Assembly (NCBI RefSeq): GCF_037042905.1
Contig: NC_087252.1
Coordinates: forward strand, 13,890,001 to 13,950,000
Direction of reading: 5' to 3'
Length of the DNA stretch: 60,000 nucleotides
Source: Lytechinus pictus
Taxonomy: Eukaryota
Position 1 is the stretch's first letter. Every line of letters starts with the position of its first letter. The notes beneath the pieces were generated by a model, which did not search any database, was not told the origin of the DNA, and was given only the letters and a program-made list of their open reading frames with translations. The position numbers and the translations under genes were made by a program. Positions 1-12,950 of this stretch are shown one piece after another.

Positions 1-630
1 TAATGGAAAATGTGACATTTACGGGGTCGCGTTTGGTATACACATAATGAATGTTTATGAGTGCAATGGACAGAATATTTCATGAGGTGAAAGATGAAAT
101 GATCCATTCAACGAGGCAGGCGTAACCGAGTTGAATGCATCATTCATTTCATCTTTCACCGAATGAAGTCTTCTGTCTATTGCCCGAATGAAAAGAACAT
201 TAATTACTTGGTTTACATGACACCTAAAATAGATTCCTTTTCATGTGAAATTTATTAATTTCGATGCAAAATGTGCAAAATATGCTTATGCAGTACGAGC
301 TCGGTCTGTTGATTATCGCGTACATACAACATGCGTCGGTGCGCGCGTGCAATGGACAAAATCGTATGGATCCAAAATTGCACGATGAATGAATCCAAAA
401 CTGCACGGTTGATGACGTCGTTGTAAAATGGGCTGAATAATCGATATCGAACAACCAATCAAATGACAAGGATCTATCTAGGATAACAGAGATTATATAA
501 CTCAAACGAAGATTCTTGCCATCTGATTGGTTGAAAGGTGTTCAATATTTGGTCCATTCTTTACTGCATGCATTTTTTAATTTTCCATTGCACGGTGACC
601 GTGCATTTTTTACACTATCCACTGGTCGTG

Positions 631-870
631 CACAGCAAAAACTGTGGTGTTAACCGATGTGCATAGAGGACCACAACAGTTATTTTACACCGGTGTTAAA
701 TTGGTGGTATTAGTTTTACACCTATAGGTGTTATTACAACACCTATGGTTGTTACATTTACACTCTTTGGTGTTATGTTCAATATCTAGGGTGTTATTTT
801 ACACATCTCAGGGTGTGGTCCTCTATTAACACCAATTGGTGTCAGTTTTAACACCACAGTTTTTACAGTG
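631..870. mobile_element. Small non-autonomous TIR element (MITE)
   Basis: Inverted ends CACAGCAAAAACTGTGGTGTTAA ... TTAACACCACAGTTTTTACAGTG with internal ACACC/GGTGT motifs. Confidence 0.6.
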
Positions 871-1126
871 TGTGATCCCAAATATACTCGAGGAGAAATT
901 TAAAAGTACTCGGGAACGAAAGGCGACCTTAAGCGATTGCACAATTATTGGCAAAGCTTCTGCATAATCTGCGCCCTTCTGTTGCATAAAGTTCGAATGT
1001 TTGATCTTTTTTCAACATTCGTGTCCTTGAAAATCTTCGCAAAATGTTCGCAAACATAATGAAAACTGCGCGTCCTGCTTAAAGTAATTTTTTTTTTAAT
1101 AGTTTGATGCATATGATTATACACAG

Positions 1127-1387
1127 GTTATGACACAAGCCTTAGTGAACTGTGCAACATAGTATCAGGGCTGTTGGAAGACGAAATTGTGAAGTTGATG
1201 GACAATCTGGAATTAGATAGAGATGCTCTCTCAGTCTGTAAAGGATCAACAGGAGAATACGACATCGTCAGACTCATGGAGATCTGGAAAAGACAACATA
1301 GTTCAGAACCATTCCACTACAGATTAAAAATAGCATTTGGTCTGCGTGCTGCTGGAAAAACCGAGATTGCCAGAAAGATTATTGCAG
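1127..1387 (+). CDS. Paralog A, penultimate exon (death-fold-like module); gene begins upstream of the window
   Basis: ACACAG|GT acceptor, GCAG|GTACGC donor, 261 nt, phase 1-1; 20 differences in 261 nt versus exon 52568-52828. Confidence 0.88.
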
Positions 1388-1912
1388 GTACGCATTACTA
1401 CTATACACTATGATAAAAAAAAAATCTTTTTATTGATTTGCTACATTGAAGAACTGCTTCTACTATTTCTGTTATGTTATATGTTTTAAAAGCGATCGAT
1501 TGGGCAAAGGTAATTTGGTTCTTAGTTCCAGTTTAAGAACCGTGTTGAATCCAAGGGTCTTGCTATATATTGATAAAAAAATTATCAGTGTCTTAGAAAA
1601 TAAAGAAAATCACCACAATGTGACCAATATCACCCTCAGTACCCAGCATACACACTCTTTGCGGCCACCATTTAAGTAGGCATATTCCTTTTCTACCTCA
1701 TAATGCCATTATATTTTTCATATCTTAATGTTATACTAAACATGCAAAAAGATAACGTCCATATTATAGAACCTATATCACTAAGTGTGGATTACTCAGA
1801 TTCATTTCATTCCAACCATAAAAAAGGTTAAGCAGAGTGTCACATTGATTGCATGTGTCTTGATATATATATTCCTTTTCCCGTGTCTTTCGTTTTGTGT
1901 GGACGGGGATAG

Positions 1913-2415
1913 GTTGCTATGACATGGTGGCAGTTAATCCCGATGTGGTGAAAAGCATATGCAACGGAATGGGCCATGATCAACTGGAAAGACTTGCGGA
2001 ACACCTTGGATTAAACGCCAAAGGAGATAACCCTGTCGAAACTTCAGCTCTTGTTATCCAGTGGGCAACAGAATGGTTCAGCAAGTCTGACAATTCATCA
2101 TTTTTCGAATCCCTCAAGGACAAGTGTTTAAACGAGGTGAAATCTCGTAAAAGATACATTGACAATCTCCACAAGGCAGGATTTGTCAGATTTGCTGAAG
2201 AACTAATGCTCCTTGAGGTCTCTAGATTGCGTCCCATCAAGCAAGTTGTAGACGAACCTTGTGAAAGTGAAAATCAAGAAGCATCTGAACAAAATGAATC
2301 TAAGAACAATCCACCAATCGAGGAATGTAACGAGGCAACTGTTTTTCCCCCAAGTACGAATGGTCAAGACCCACCAAGCAACAATGAGAATGAAGATACG
2401 CAACTAAACACTTAA
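1913..2415 (+). CDS. Paralog A, last coding exon (helical module plus acidic low-complexity tail)
   Basis: Homologous to 53309-53826; in-frame phase-1 acceptor GATAG|GT at 1912; the last codons and TAA stop come from the inserted LINE. Confidence 0.8.
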
Positions 2416-4999
2416 ACCAAATTCATAATATTTATTCTTTATCCCAGTTTAACATCGATGAATATACAAGGATATCAAAAGACTCGTGCAGTCTTATTGA
2501 TCATATGTTGACTAATTGTTTTGATATGGTTGCATCTCATGGTATTATACACTCTGGTATTTCTGACCATTCTATTTTTTTTCTGGTTTGGAAGCACTAT
2601 ATTAATATTTATGCACCTCTCACCATAACGTATAGAAAAATGAAAAACTTTGATCCTAACGCATATATTGAGAAATTAAAATTACAACCCTGGCAACTTG
2701 TCTCTGATAAAGATGATATTGGCGAAGTTGTGGAGGTATGGGAGAATCCCGTTTTTTAAGTTATTAACAAACATATGCCAATCCGTAAAAGACGTGTTAA
2801 AACAATTCCTTCCCTGGATGTGTCCTGATATTGTAAAGTTGATAAATGAGAGAGACAGATGTAAAGCAAAAGCTATGAAACTTAAATATAATTTGTTAAA
2901 GGAAACGGTGGAATCTCAAAGAAAATTTTTGGAGAGGAAGTACGGTGAACTGTGGACCCGATATAATCGCGGAACTTGGTCACGAGTAAGATTAGGAAAC
3001 GTAAACGATCCTTCTTTTTGAATAAAATATCGTCGACAAATACACAAAATGATGTGTGGATTATTCTTAAATCAGTGATGCCTAAACACGTATCGAAATC
3101 CACTGATACAACCAGAAAGATAAACCCAGAGCTAATATATTCAATAGCTATTTTGCAAACATTGGTGCTGACCTAGCTGCTAATATACCTCCAACAGTTC
3201 CCCATAATTCCTCTCATTGTGATTCTACCGATTTTTTTTTTTCGCTTCATACTGTAACTGAAGACGAGGTATTTGATATCATATGTGGCTTGAAAAACAA
3301 GAAATCTGTTGGAATCGATGGTATCTCAATGATTATGCTCAAATTATCTGCCCCCATCATTGTCCGTTCTCTTTCTTACCTTATAAACAACTCATTGTCA
3401 GATGGTGTCGTACCAATAAGATGGAAACAGGCTAAATTAATTCCCTTACATAAATCGGGTGACAAATCATCCCCTTCAAATTATCGTCCAATCGCTATAC
3501 TCTCTCCTGTTTCCAAAATTATGGAGAAAGTAGTTCAAAAACAGTTAACCAAGTATCTAAGAACTAATAATATACTTTCAATGGAACAGTCTGGTGTTAG
3601 GACAAAAAACATTCGACCATAATGTCTCTTATTCGAGTTACGGATGATTGGCTACGCGCCACTGACTCTGGTTTATATACTGGAGCCGTTTTTATCGATA
3701 TGAAAAAGGCTTTCGATACGGTCGAACATCATACTTTGTTGAAGAAACTTAAATCAATTGGAATATCTAATGATAGTCTCATATGGTTCGAAAGTTATCT
3801 GAGTAATCGTCAAATCAGTACATTCATTAACTCTACGTTATCTGATCCTTTGCTTGTGAGTTATGGAGTACCACAAGGCTCAATATTGGGCCCTATTTTA
3901 TTTACTATATATATAGATGACATAGTTAAACAAGTTAAGCACTGTCAAATTCATCTATACGCTGATGATTCTGTTTTGTATTTTTCTGATAATGACGTAA
4001 ATCTCATTGAAAGCAATTTAAATGCTGACCTAAAACGTATATACGAATGGATGTGTTTAAGTAAATTAAGTCTTAATATCGACAAAACTGAAAGTATGTT
4101 ATTTGGGTCAAGTCATATGTTGTCTGTGCACAAGTCTCTTAATGTCAGAATTTCAGGAAAATATAGTCAGTCTAAAGAATTTGTGAAATATTTTGGGGTC
4201 TTTATTGATCCAGAGTTAAAATGGAATTGCCACATTGATAAACTTTGTGCTAAAATAAGTAAATTTCCTTGTTCGGCTTCGTTCATTTTTAAATGAGGAT
4301 AGTCTGAAATTAATTTACCGTTCAGTAATTTTGCCATATGTAGTCTTTGATTCATCGAATCTGAAATGTACCCAACAATTGCACAAAATACAAAATAGAG
4401 CTTGCAGAATAATACTCAAAATTAATCCCTATAAATATATATCAAACCATACTGTTCATCAACTCTTAAACTGGGAGTCATTAAAATCAAGGCGTATAAA
4501 GCATACCCTTTTAATGGTGTATAAGAGTCTGAATGGTCTTAGTGCGCCTTACTTGAATAATATATTTCAGTTTTCTACTCATAAATATTCTCTCCGTTCT
4601 GATAAAAATATTTTTCTTCCTAAACCACGGACTGAATACTGTAGAAGAATGTTTTCATACAGGGGTACGACATATTTTAATGAATTACCACGTGATGCTA
4701 AATGTTCTGTTTCTTATAGTTCATTTTATAACGTAGTTGATAACCACATCTTATATTGGGTCTGACTGTACATTATTCCCTGTTGCTCAATTCATATGCA
4801 TTGAATTGTAGGGTGTGTTAACGTAGGGGGTGGGGGGCTAGATGTCATAAACGATTAGTTTTATTTCTTATTGTTTTGGTATGTTATTTTTATATTGTGT
4901 ATAATTTACTTTTGTGTAATTTTCTTTTATGCTATATGAGGAGCCCTCGGTAGACCAGCAGCACCATGATTGATGCTGCTGAGTAGGGCCATCCTCCCG
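2405..4999 (+). mobile_element. 5'-truncated CR1/L2-group (Crack/Daphne-like) LINE, decayed ORF2
   Basis: Broken ORFs carry endonuclease-end SDHS, NYRPIAILSPVSKIMEK, FIDMKKAFDTV, GVPQGSILGPILF and YADD; frameshifts and stops; 3' stem-loop region near 4940-4995. Confidence 0.93.
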
Positions 5000-5372
5000 T
5001 TTTTTTTCTCACCTGCATAGCAGAGTGAGACTATAGGCGCCGCTTTTCCGACGGCGGCGGCGACGGCGGCGGGGGCGTCAACACCAAATCTTAACCTAAG
5101 GTTAAGTTTTTGAAATGACAGCATAACTTAAAAAGTATATGGACCTAGTTCATGAAACTTGGCCATAAGGTTAATCAAGTATTACTGAACATCCTGCCTG
5201 AGTTTTATGTCACATGACCAAAGTCAAAGGTCATTTAGGGTCAATGAACTTAGACCATGTTTGGGGAATCAACATCAAAATCTTAACCTAAGGTTAAGTT
5301 TTTGAAATGTCATCATAACTTACAAAATGTATGAACCTAGTTCATGAAACTTGGACATAAGGTTAATCAAGT

Positions 5373-7329
5373 GGTTCCATGACAATTGCTCCGCCGACAT
5401 TTGCTCCGCCGACAATTGCTACGCAAAATGCGACAACTGCTCCGCCGACAATTGCTCCGGACAGTTGCTCCGCCGACAGTTGCTCCGTCGACACTTGCTC
5501 CGCCGATATGTGCTCCGTCGACACTTGCTCCGCCGATATTTGCTCCGCCGATAGTTGCTCCGCCGACATCTGCTCCGCCGACATCTGCTCCGCCGAAAAT
5601 TGCTCCGCCGAAAATTGCTCCGCCGATATTTGCTCCGCCGAAAATTGCTCCGATTATACGACAATTGCTCCGCGACAATTGCTCCGCCGATATTTGCTCC
5701 GCCGACATCTGCTCCGATTATACGACAATTGCTCCGCCGATAATTGCTCCGCCGACATCTGCTCCGCCGTAAATTGCTCCGATAATGCGACAATTATTTA
5801 TTTATTTTTTTATTCGTACTTTCATACGCATAACAATTGTAGCACAGGCTGTAGGCGTCAATTTACCATGGAGCATAGCTCCATGAATTTACAAAGTAAA
5901 CTTAAACTATGCTTGCATGATATATTACATGTCTTACACAGGGGCCGCGGAACGGTTTTCAAAGTGAGGGCTGAGTCAAAAGTGGGGGGCTGTTTATGCT
6001 AAAAATCACAATCATATGGTCATTCTTACGTTTTTTGTACACGGATTTGGAAAATTGGGGGGCTAAAGCCCCCCGGCTCCGCGGCCCCTGATACATGCAT
6101 ATAGAAAGAAATAGAAAAAAAAGGGGTAAGCACAAAGGAGGGATAGATATTCTTAATGCTTATTCATTGTGGGGGGAGCATTTGTGTAAGTTTTATTGCG
6201 TGCCTGGCGATTAAAATGAAGAAAAAAAACGCGTTTTCATGTAATTATTATAACCATATAGCTCCATGTTATAACAGTAGAAACAGATTAGACATACCCC
6301 ATTCTTAGTGTCAAAATCGCTCAGACTGGCGAAATATGCTCCGAAGTGGAGACATTTGCTCCAGGTGAAATTCAACGGTATACCCCACCTTATTTTGTCG
6401 AAAACCTGTACTGTAGTCACGCAAAATGTTTACTGTCGGCAAATTTTGTGCCACACAAACATGACCAAGACATTCAGTAAGTAAAAATTAATATTCAAGA
6501 AAATACCAACTTGTGAAAGGCTACATGTTGTGTCACCTTAATTGTTCTCGGCACACCCCTCCACCCTGGTTTCCATATCCTCTCGTACACACAGTGCTCT
6601 CAGTCTGGTCTCCACATCCACATCATGTCATACACACCGTAGGTTTTTAGATTATGATAATACTGTATATAATAGTGAGTTGCTTTTTTGTTTTATGTTG
6701 ATCATGATTGTTTTCTTCACTGATAGAAAAAGGATAATTAATTTTTTTTTAATAATCCAAAAATAAAATCCATATGTTCTGTTTTATATAGTTATTAGTC
6801 AAGGTTACTTTAGTTCGCATTAGTTCTCATTGTTTATACGTTCTAATTCTTATGCATTATTCCGATTGATATTGTACTTTAAATTTGACTATGTATTGTT
6901 ACTTTGATTTTGTTGTGCTTTGTGAACGGAAAATGAATAAATCTTAATCTAAATCTAAAAGTGGTCCGCCAATAGTCGAATTATATTCATTATGATGTTA
7001 TAATGTAAGTAACAATTTGTTGATGGGGGATAACTTTACACGTAGTTTCAAAAAATAAAAAAAATCAATCAAACAAGATTTTCTTCTATATATAAACATG
7101 ATAAATGATATACCTTCATATGTATAAGGCCGCCTATGTATTTTCCAAGAATGAACTATATGAGAAGAAAACGTGTGTTCATGTACTTATTATCATTATC
7201 ATTGTACCACCATTATCATCATCAGCATCATTATCAGCATCTTCATCATCACCATCATTATATCATTGTCGTCGTCGTTTTGCTTATGCGGAAATCAAAC
7301 AAAAATTATTGTGAAAAGGGTTATGGAGG

Positions 7330-7360
<31 letters not shown>

Positions 7361-9464
7361 GGGGAGTGAGTGAGAGCTTGAGGAAAAAAGGGAGGTGTAT
7401 GACTTATTATTTCTGAATATCGCGACTTCTGTTTATTCATGGGATTGAAATAGAAGGATAAACTTAACAAGTTCTTGTCATTATCATTTTTTTATTCGAT
7501 TTACTGATCAGAACATGAGATAAATGAAATCATGAAGACTGTACGTTCTCGACAGTTTAATTAACGTTTTCCAACCAAAACTACACTTAAATGACTGCAA
7601 ACACCTTCATTTTCACACACTCGCAACTATACATGTAATTGAGAGTAGTGTCATATTCAAAACCTTTCTTAGCTGCAAGGAATACTGAAGCTCATTTCCA
7701 CAATGTGCATCTGAATGCACAATGCCTGTGTTTCTAACATGTACCCAAATTACCAAATTTAAAGAACACATGTTAAGATCTAATGAATCAGCAAAATAAT
7801 CCACATTCTATCATGATCAGCAGGCATAACAGCCTATATACTCTTCAATACTTCAATTACAGTTTGTCGAAAGAAATAACACAAAGAAAAATAAATATAT
7901 AGAATTGTAACTCAGGTAAATATATCAAAAATATTCAATTAACGCATCGTGCTCTCATTTCTTTTACGAGATATCTCCCCCCCCCCCCGAGATATGCTTC
8001 ATGTTTACAATTTAAAAAAGGCGTATAAATGTCCCCTTTCCATGTCAATAACAGCTCGTGCTTTGTGCTCGCATTATAAATTCAGTGAGATGCGTATTGG
8101 GTTTCATGAATTTGTAACTATATTATTGCTGGTATATATATTATTGTCTTTTAAAAATAACATTGTTTGTTTAGACGTAATGAGAGAGATACATACATAT
8201 ATTCATTTATTATAATATATTTATATTGTCGCTATTGCACAGAATAGAACAAAAATACAACCGAAGTCTAGTTTTATAGTAACTTACCAGTAGCGTAATG
8301 AGCCAACAACAAAAAATGGAGGGGGCGAGACAAGGATGACATTTATTTTCCTTTCCTTTATTCTTTTTTTTTTCATTGGTAGGGAGAATGGGGGGATCCG
8401 TGACCCCTAGCACGCCCCTCCCCCATCTGTACGCCAGTGATGATCATACTTTCGTTTGAAACAAATTGAAGGAAAAAAAAATTGCAAGGGTAGATAAGGC
8501 CGAAGACGTAAATAAAAATTATTGATAAAAATATTAATAATTATAATACTGATAAATATACAATAAATCAAGCGGTCACCAATAAAAATAAACAACGTGA
8601 AAGAACAAAACGAGAAAGAGGGGGAGAGAGAGCCCGCGCGAATGTATGGTGTATAAGTTGCTGGAAAGCAGAAGAGATATTGTGTCCAGCACCCCCTCCC
8701 CCCAAATTCTCTCCCCGCTCAAGACCGGAGTGAAACCAATGATAATAATATATGAACAAAAATCCAGATTCACAATTTCAATGGGGAGTGTGTCATTCCC
8801 CTTCTCCGTTACAATTTGTCAAGTGGCAGCGGCAGGGAGAACAATTTGTTTTGTTTTTTAAGCAAAAAGCTGTGATGATAGGGGGAGAATAAAATAAATA
8901 AAACATTAACGAATAACAAGAACAAAACAACGACAAAACAATTTGTATCAGGATGAATTTCTTATCATTTAACATAGACCAACTTGGAGAAATAAGATAT
9001 TCATGCAATTGTCGTATAATCGGAGCAGATGTCGGCGTAGAAAATATCGGCGGAGCAATTGTCGCGGAGCAATTGTCGTATAATCGGAGCAATTTTCGGC
9101 GGAGAAAATATCGGCGGAGCAATTGTCGTATAATCGGAGCAATTTTCGGCGGAGCAAATATCGGCGGAGCAATTGTCGTATAATCGGAGCAGATGTCGGC
9201 GGAGCAATTATCGGCGGAGCAATTGTCGGCGGAGCAATTTTTGGCGGAGCACATGTCGGCGGAGCACATGTCGGCGGAGCAAATATCGGCGGAGCAAATA
9301 TCGGCGGAGCAAGTGTCGACGGAGCACATATCGGCGGAGCAAGTGTCGACGGAGCAACTGTCGGCGGAGCAATTGTCCGGAGCAATTGTCGGCGGAGCAA
9401 TTGTCTTATTTTGCGTAGCAATTGTCGGCGGAGCAGATGTCGGCGGAGCAATTGTCGGGTCACC
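5373..9464. mobile_element. Foldback-type transposon (sea-urchin TU-element-like) with long modular inverted repeats
   Basis: Arms ~5373-5795 and ~9005-9464 are reverse complements built of 15-bp units (GACAATTGCTCCGCC); perfect 8-bp TSD AATCAAGT at 5365-5372 and 9465-9472; no transposase ORF inside. Confidence 0.9.
5939..6090. mobile_element. Small MITE inside the foldback element
   Basis: TIR CAGGGGCCGCGGA ... TCCGCGGCCCCTG; TSD not evident. Confidence 0.6.
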
Positions 9465-10750
9465 AATCAAGTATCACTAAACATCCTGCATGAGTTTCAC
9501 GTCACATGACTGAGGTCAAAGGTCATTTAGGGTCAATGAACTTTGGCCGAATTTTGGGTATCTGTTGAATTACCATCATAACTTTGACAGTTTATGGATG
9601 TGATTCATGAAACTTGGACATAATAGTAATCAAGTATTACTAAACATCCTGTGCGCATTTTAGGTCACATAACCAAGGTCAGAGGTCAATGAACTTTGGC
9701 CATAATGGGGTTATCTGTTGAATTACCATCATAACTTTGCAAGTTTATGGATCTGACTCATGAAACTTAGAAATAATAGTAATCAAGTATCACTGAACAT
9801 CCTGTGCGCATTTTAGGTCACATGACCAAGGTCAAAGGTCAATGAACTTTGGCCATAATGGGGTTATCTGTTGAATTACCATCATAACTTTGAAAGTTTA
9901 TGGATCTGACTCATGAAACTTGGACATAAGAGTAATCAAGTATCACTGAACATCCTGTGCGAGATTCAGGTCACGTGATTAAGGTCAAAGGTCATGTAAG
10001 GTCAATGAACTTTGGCCACGTTGGGGGTATTTGTTGAATTACCATCATAACTTTGAAAGTATGTTGGTCTAGTTCATAAAACTTGGACATAAGAGTAATC
10101 AAGTATCACTGAACATCCTGTGCGCATTTTAGGTCAGATAACCAAGGTCAAAGGTCAATGAACTTTGGCCATAATGGGGTTATCTGTTGAATTACCATCA
10201 TAACTTTGAAAGTTTATGGATCTGACTCATGGAACTTGGACATAATAGTAATCAAGTATCACTGAACATCCTGTGCGCATTTTAGGTCACATGATCAAGG
10301 TCAAAGGTCAATGAACTTTGGCCATAATGGGGTTATCTGTTGAATTACCATCATAACTTTAAAAGTTTATGGATCTGACTCATGAAACTTGGACATAAGA
10401 GTAATCAAGTATCCCTGAACACAATGTGCGCATTTTATGTCACATGACCAAGGTCAAAGGTCAATGAACTTTGGCCATAATGGTGTTATCTGTTGAATTA
10501 CCATCATAACTTTGAAAGTTTATGGATCTGACTCATGAAACTTGGACATAAGAGTAATCAAGTATCACTGAACATCCTGTGCGAGTTTCAGGTCACATGA
10601 TCAAGGTCAAAGGTCATGTAAGGTCAATGAACTTTGGCCACGTTGGGGGTATTTGTTTAATTACCATCATATCTCCGTAAAGTGCATTGGTCTAGTTCAT
10701 AAAACGTGAAAATAAGAGTAACCAGGTATCACTGAACATCTTGTGCGAGT
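9465..10750 (+). repeat. 153/163-bp tandem array internal to the HINE-like element
   Basis: AATCAAGTA recurs at 9465, 9628, 9781, 9934, 10097, 10250, 10403 and 10556, with a variant at 10720. Confidence 0.93.
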
Positions 10751-10830
10751 TATAGTAGTTTTCAAAGTCAGTACTGCTGCTACATTGAATTGCGTGATGC
10801 AGGTGAGACCGCCAGAGGCATTCCACTTGT

Positions 10831-10909
10831 CTATTTATCAATTCATATGTATCATTGTATATGTATTGTTATCTGTTTTTAACGGAAATAAATTCAATTC
10901 AATTTAAAA
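10831..10909 (+). mobile_element. Displaced 3' tail of the 2405-4999 LINE
   Basis: AATAAA followed by an (ATTCA)n-like tail, then the second copy of the duplicated host target. Confidence 0.8.
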
Positions 10910-12257
10910 TACGGATGGTCAAGACTGACCAAGCAACAATGAGAATGAAGATACGCAACGTTAGAGATATGCCTGACCTGTTGGAGATCTTCTTAAAGTT
11001 GTTTTCCAGAGTGAAAAGACATTTTGGAAAGATACTTCGTTGTAAAATATTAATCTAATTGTAGTAACAAAGACGCCGCTGAGATGGTTATTAATCCTAT
11101 GAGAAAGGGTTGCCATAGCTACCTAATGAGAATATGATATTTGTAAATAGAACCATAAAAGTATATACTATATCTTGGCTATGAGACTCGATGTTGAGGT
11201 AGTTCAAATGATACAAGGATCACCCCCCCCCCCCCCGTTTTCAAAGTCAATTTTAATAAGAATTCATTTTTTGTAACAACTTTCTTTTTGTGACGCACTG
11301 TAACTCGATTGACGGAATAATCGTTGAGTAGTGTGCATATAATTATATAGATCGAGCCTTCAAACAGTTTGTTGTATTCATTTGATGAAGGCCCAGTGGT
11401 CAGAAATTGTGTGTACAATGTCAGTGCAACTATTGAATTCGTCATTACTAGGTGTGGTATTCTGAAAAATCCTATTTTTTGCCACTGTCTTCGAAATGTG
11501 ACACTGCTACGATTGTCACAAACGGTATTCTGAACATTCATTTTTCTTTGTCATATCTATGAGAAAGATAGAATATCGAGAAAAGACAATGTTCAGAATA
11601 CCGTCCCTAAATATCAACATCACTAAATTTTCATGTCTGAAGAATCATTGGAGTTGTGATAACTAGATATTTTATGTCATTTTTGATGATCTCTGTTCTT
11701 CATGTTGTATATGAATTCACAATTTTATATTAGATATTCATTTTCTGCATATTAGAGTCTTTCTTGACTTTTTTCCATTTGACTTATTTATATATTCGCG
11801 TTAAATGACTTTCAATTATATCCTTTTCTAGAAGTAGTCCATGTTGTGAAATCACAAGAACTGCAATATAGTGCCCCGGTACTTTCAGCTGGGAAAAATA
11901 TGGAAATAGGCTTTTGGTTGTTTTTTAGATATATATGTTCAATTAACTTTTATTAAAATGTTGAAAAAAAATATATATCTATAAATAAATATATCTATAA
12001 ATAAATATATCTATCCTTTAACGATAAATGGTTTACAAGAGATCCAGGCTGAATGATAACATTACTACAATGTTTATTCCAGGATATATTGAAATAGGAT
12101 TAATTCCTAATCCACCTGTCATTTTAAGTCAGAGCCCACCGCTTTGATACCACCTTTTGCTATTTGTTTGTATGTAGTACAAAATAGTACAGCACCTTAA
12201 ATCTCACCGTTTGCTCGCACAATATGGTAATAATATCAGAAGTTAATTGATCTTTTG

Positions 12258-12950
12258 TGGCGCCGCTTTTCCGACGCGGTGTCAACATAAAATCTTAACC
12301 GAAAGTTTTTTAAATGACATCACAACTTAGAAAGTATATGGACCTAGTTCATGAAACTTGGACATATGTTTATTCAAGTATTACTGAGCATTCTGCCTGA
12401 GTTTCAGGTCACATGACTAAGGTCAAAAGCCATTTAGGTTCGATGAACTTAGACTAACCCTAAGGTTAAGTTTTTGAAATTTCATCATAATTTAAAAAGT
12501 TTATGAACCTAGTTCATCAAACGAGAACATAAATGTGGTAATAAAGCATCACTTTACACCGTTTGAGTTCCAGGTCACATGACCAAAGTCAAAGGTCATT
12601 TAATGTTAATAATCTTTGACCATGTTGGGGGTGTTTGTTGAATTACCATCATAACTCTAAACGTTTATGAACCTAGTTCATAAAATTTTGACATAAAATT
12701 ATTCAGGTATCTCTGAACATCCTGTGCGAGGTTCAAGTCACATACCCAAGGTCAAAAGTCATAGGGTCAATGAGCTTTGGCCATGTTTGGGGTAATTGTT
12801 AAAATGCCATCATAACTTTGAAAGTTTATGAAATATATGGACATAGGCGTAATCGAGTATCACATGATCAAGGACTCAATGAACAAATTATTATATTATA
12901 TTACTTGCTCTTTTCAACGTCAGCACTGTTGCTATATTGAATTGCGTAAT
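12258..12950 (+). mobile_element. Older degenerate HINE-family copy (paralogous copy at ~55154-55833)
   Basis: GGCGCCGCTTTTCCGAC head, the same repeat unit, and CAGCACTG...TATATTGAATTGCGT 3' region. Confidence 0.75.

Larger units (their letters stand above)
5001..10830 (+). mobile_element. Helentron-associated (HINE/DINE-1-like) non-autonomous element nested in the LINE 3' end
   Basis: Starts in a T run; 5' subterminal IR TCTCACCTGCAT (5007-5018) matches 3' ATGCAGGTGAGA (10797-10808); 5' hairpin, (GGC)n microsatellite, internal tandem array, end ...CACTTGT; no TSD seen. Confidence 0.75.

Noticed and set aside
5373..5795. CRISPR-like regular repeats (also 9465-10750)
   Set aside because: Head-to-tail tandem units without unique spacers, no cas genes, eukaryotic context
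5351..6002. Many overlapping ORFs (CSAD/APP/LLRR repeats) here and at 8793-9509
   Set aside because: Artefacts of the stop-free 15-bp repeat in the foldback arms; open in all frames on both strands
7105..7373. His/Ile/Ser-rich ORFs
   Set aside because: Translation of (ATC)n and (GA)n microsatellites
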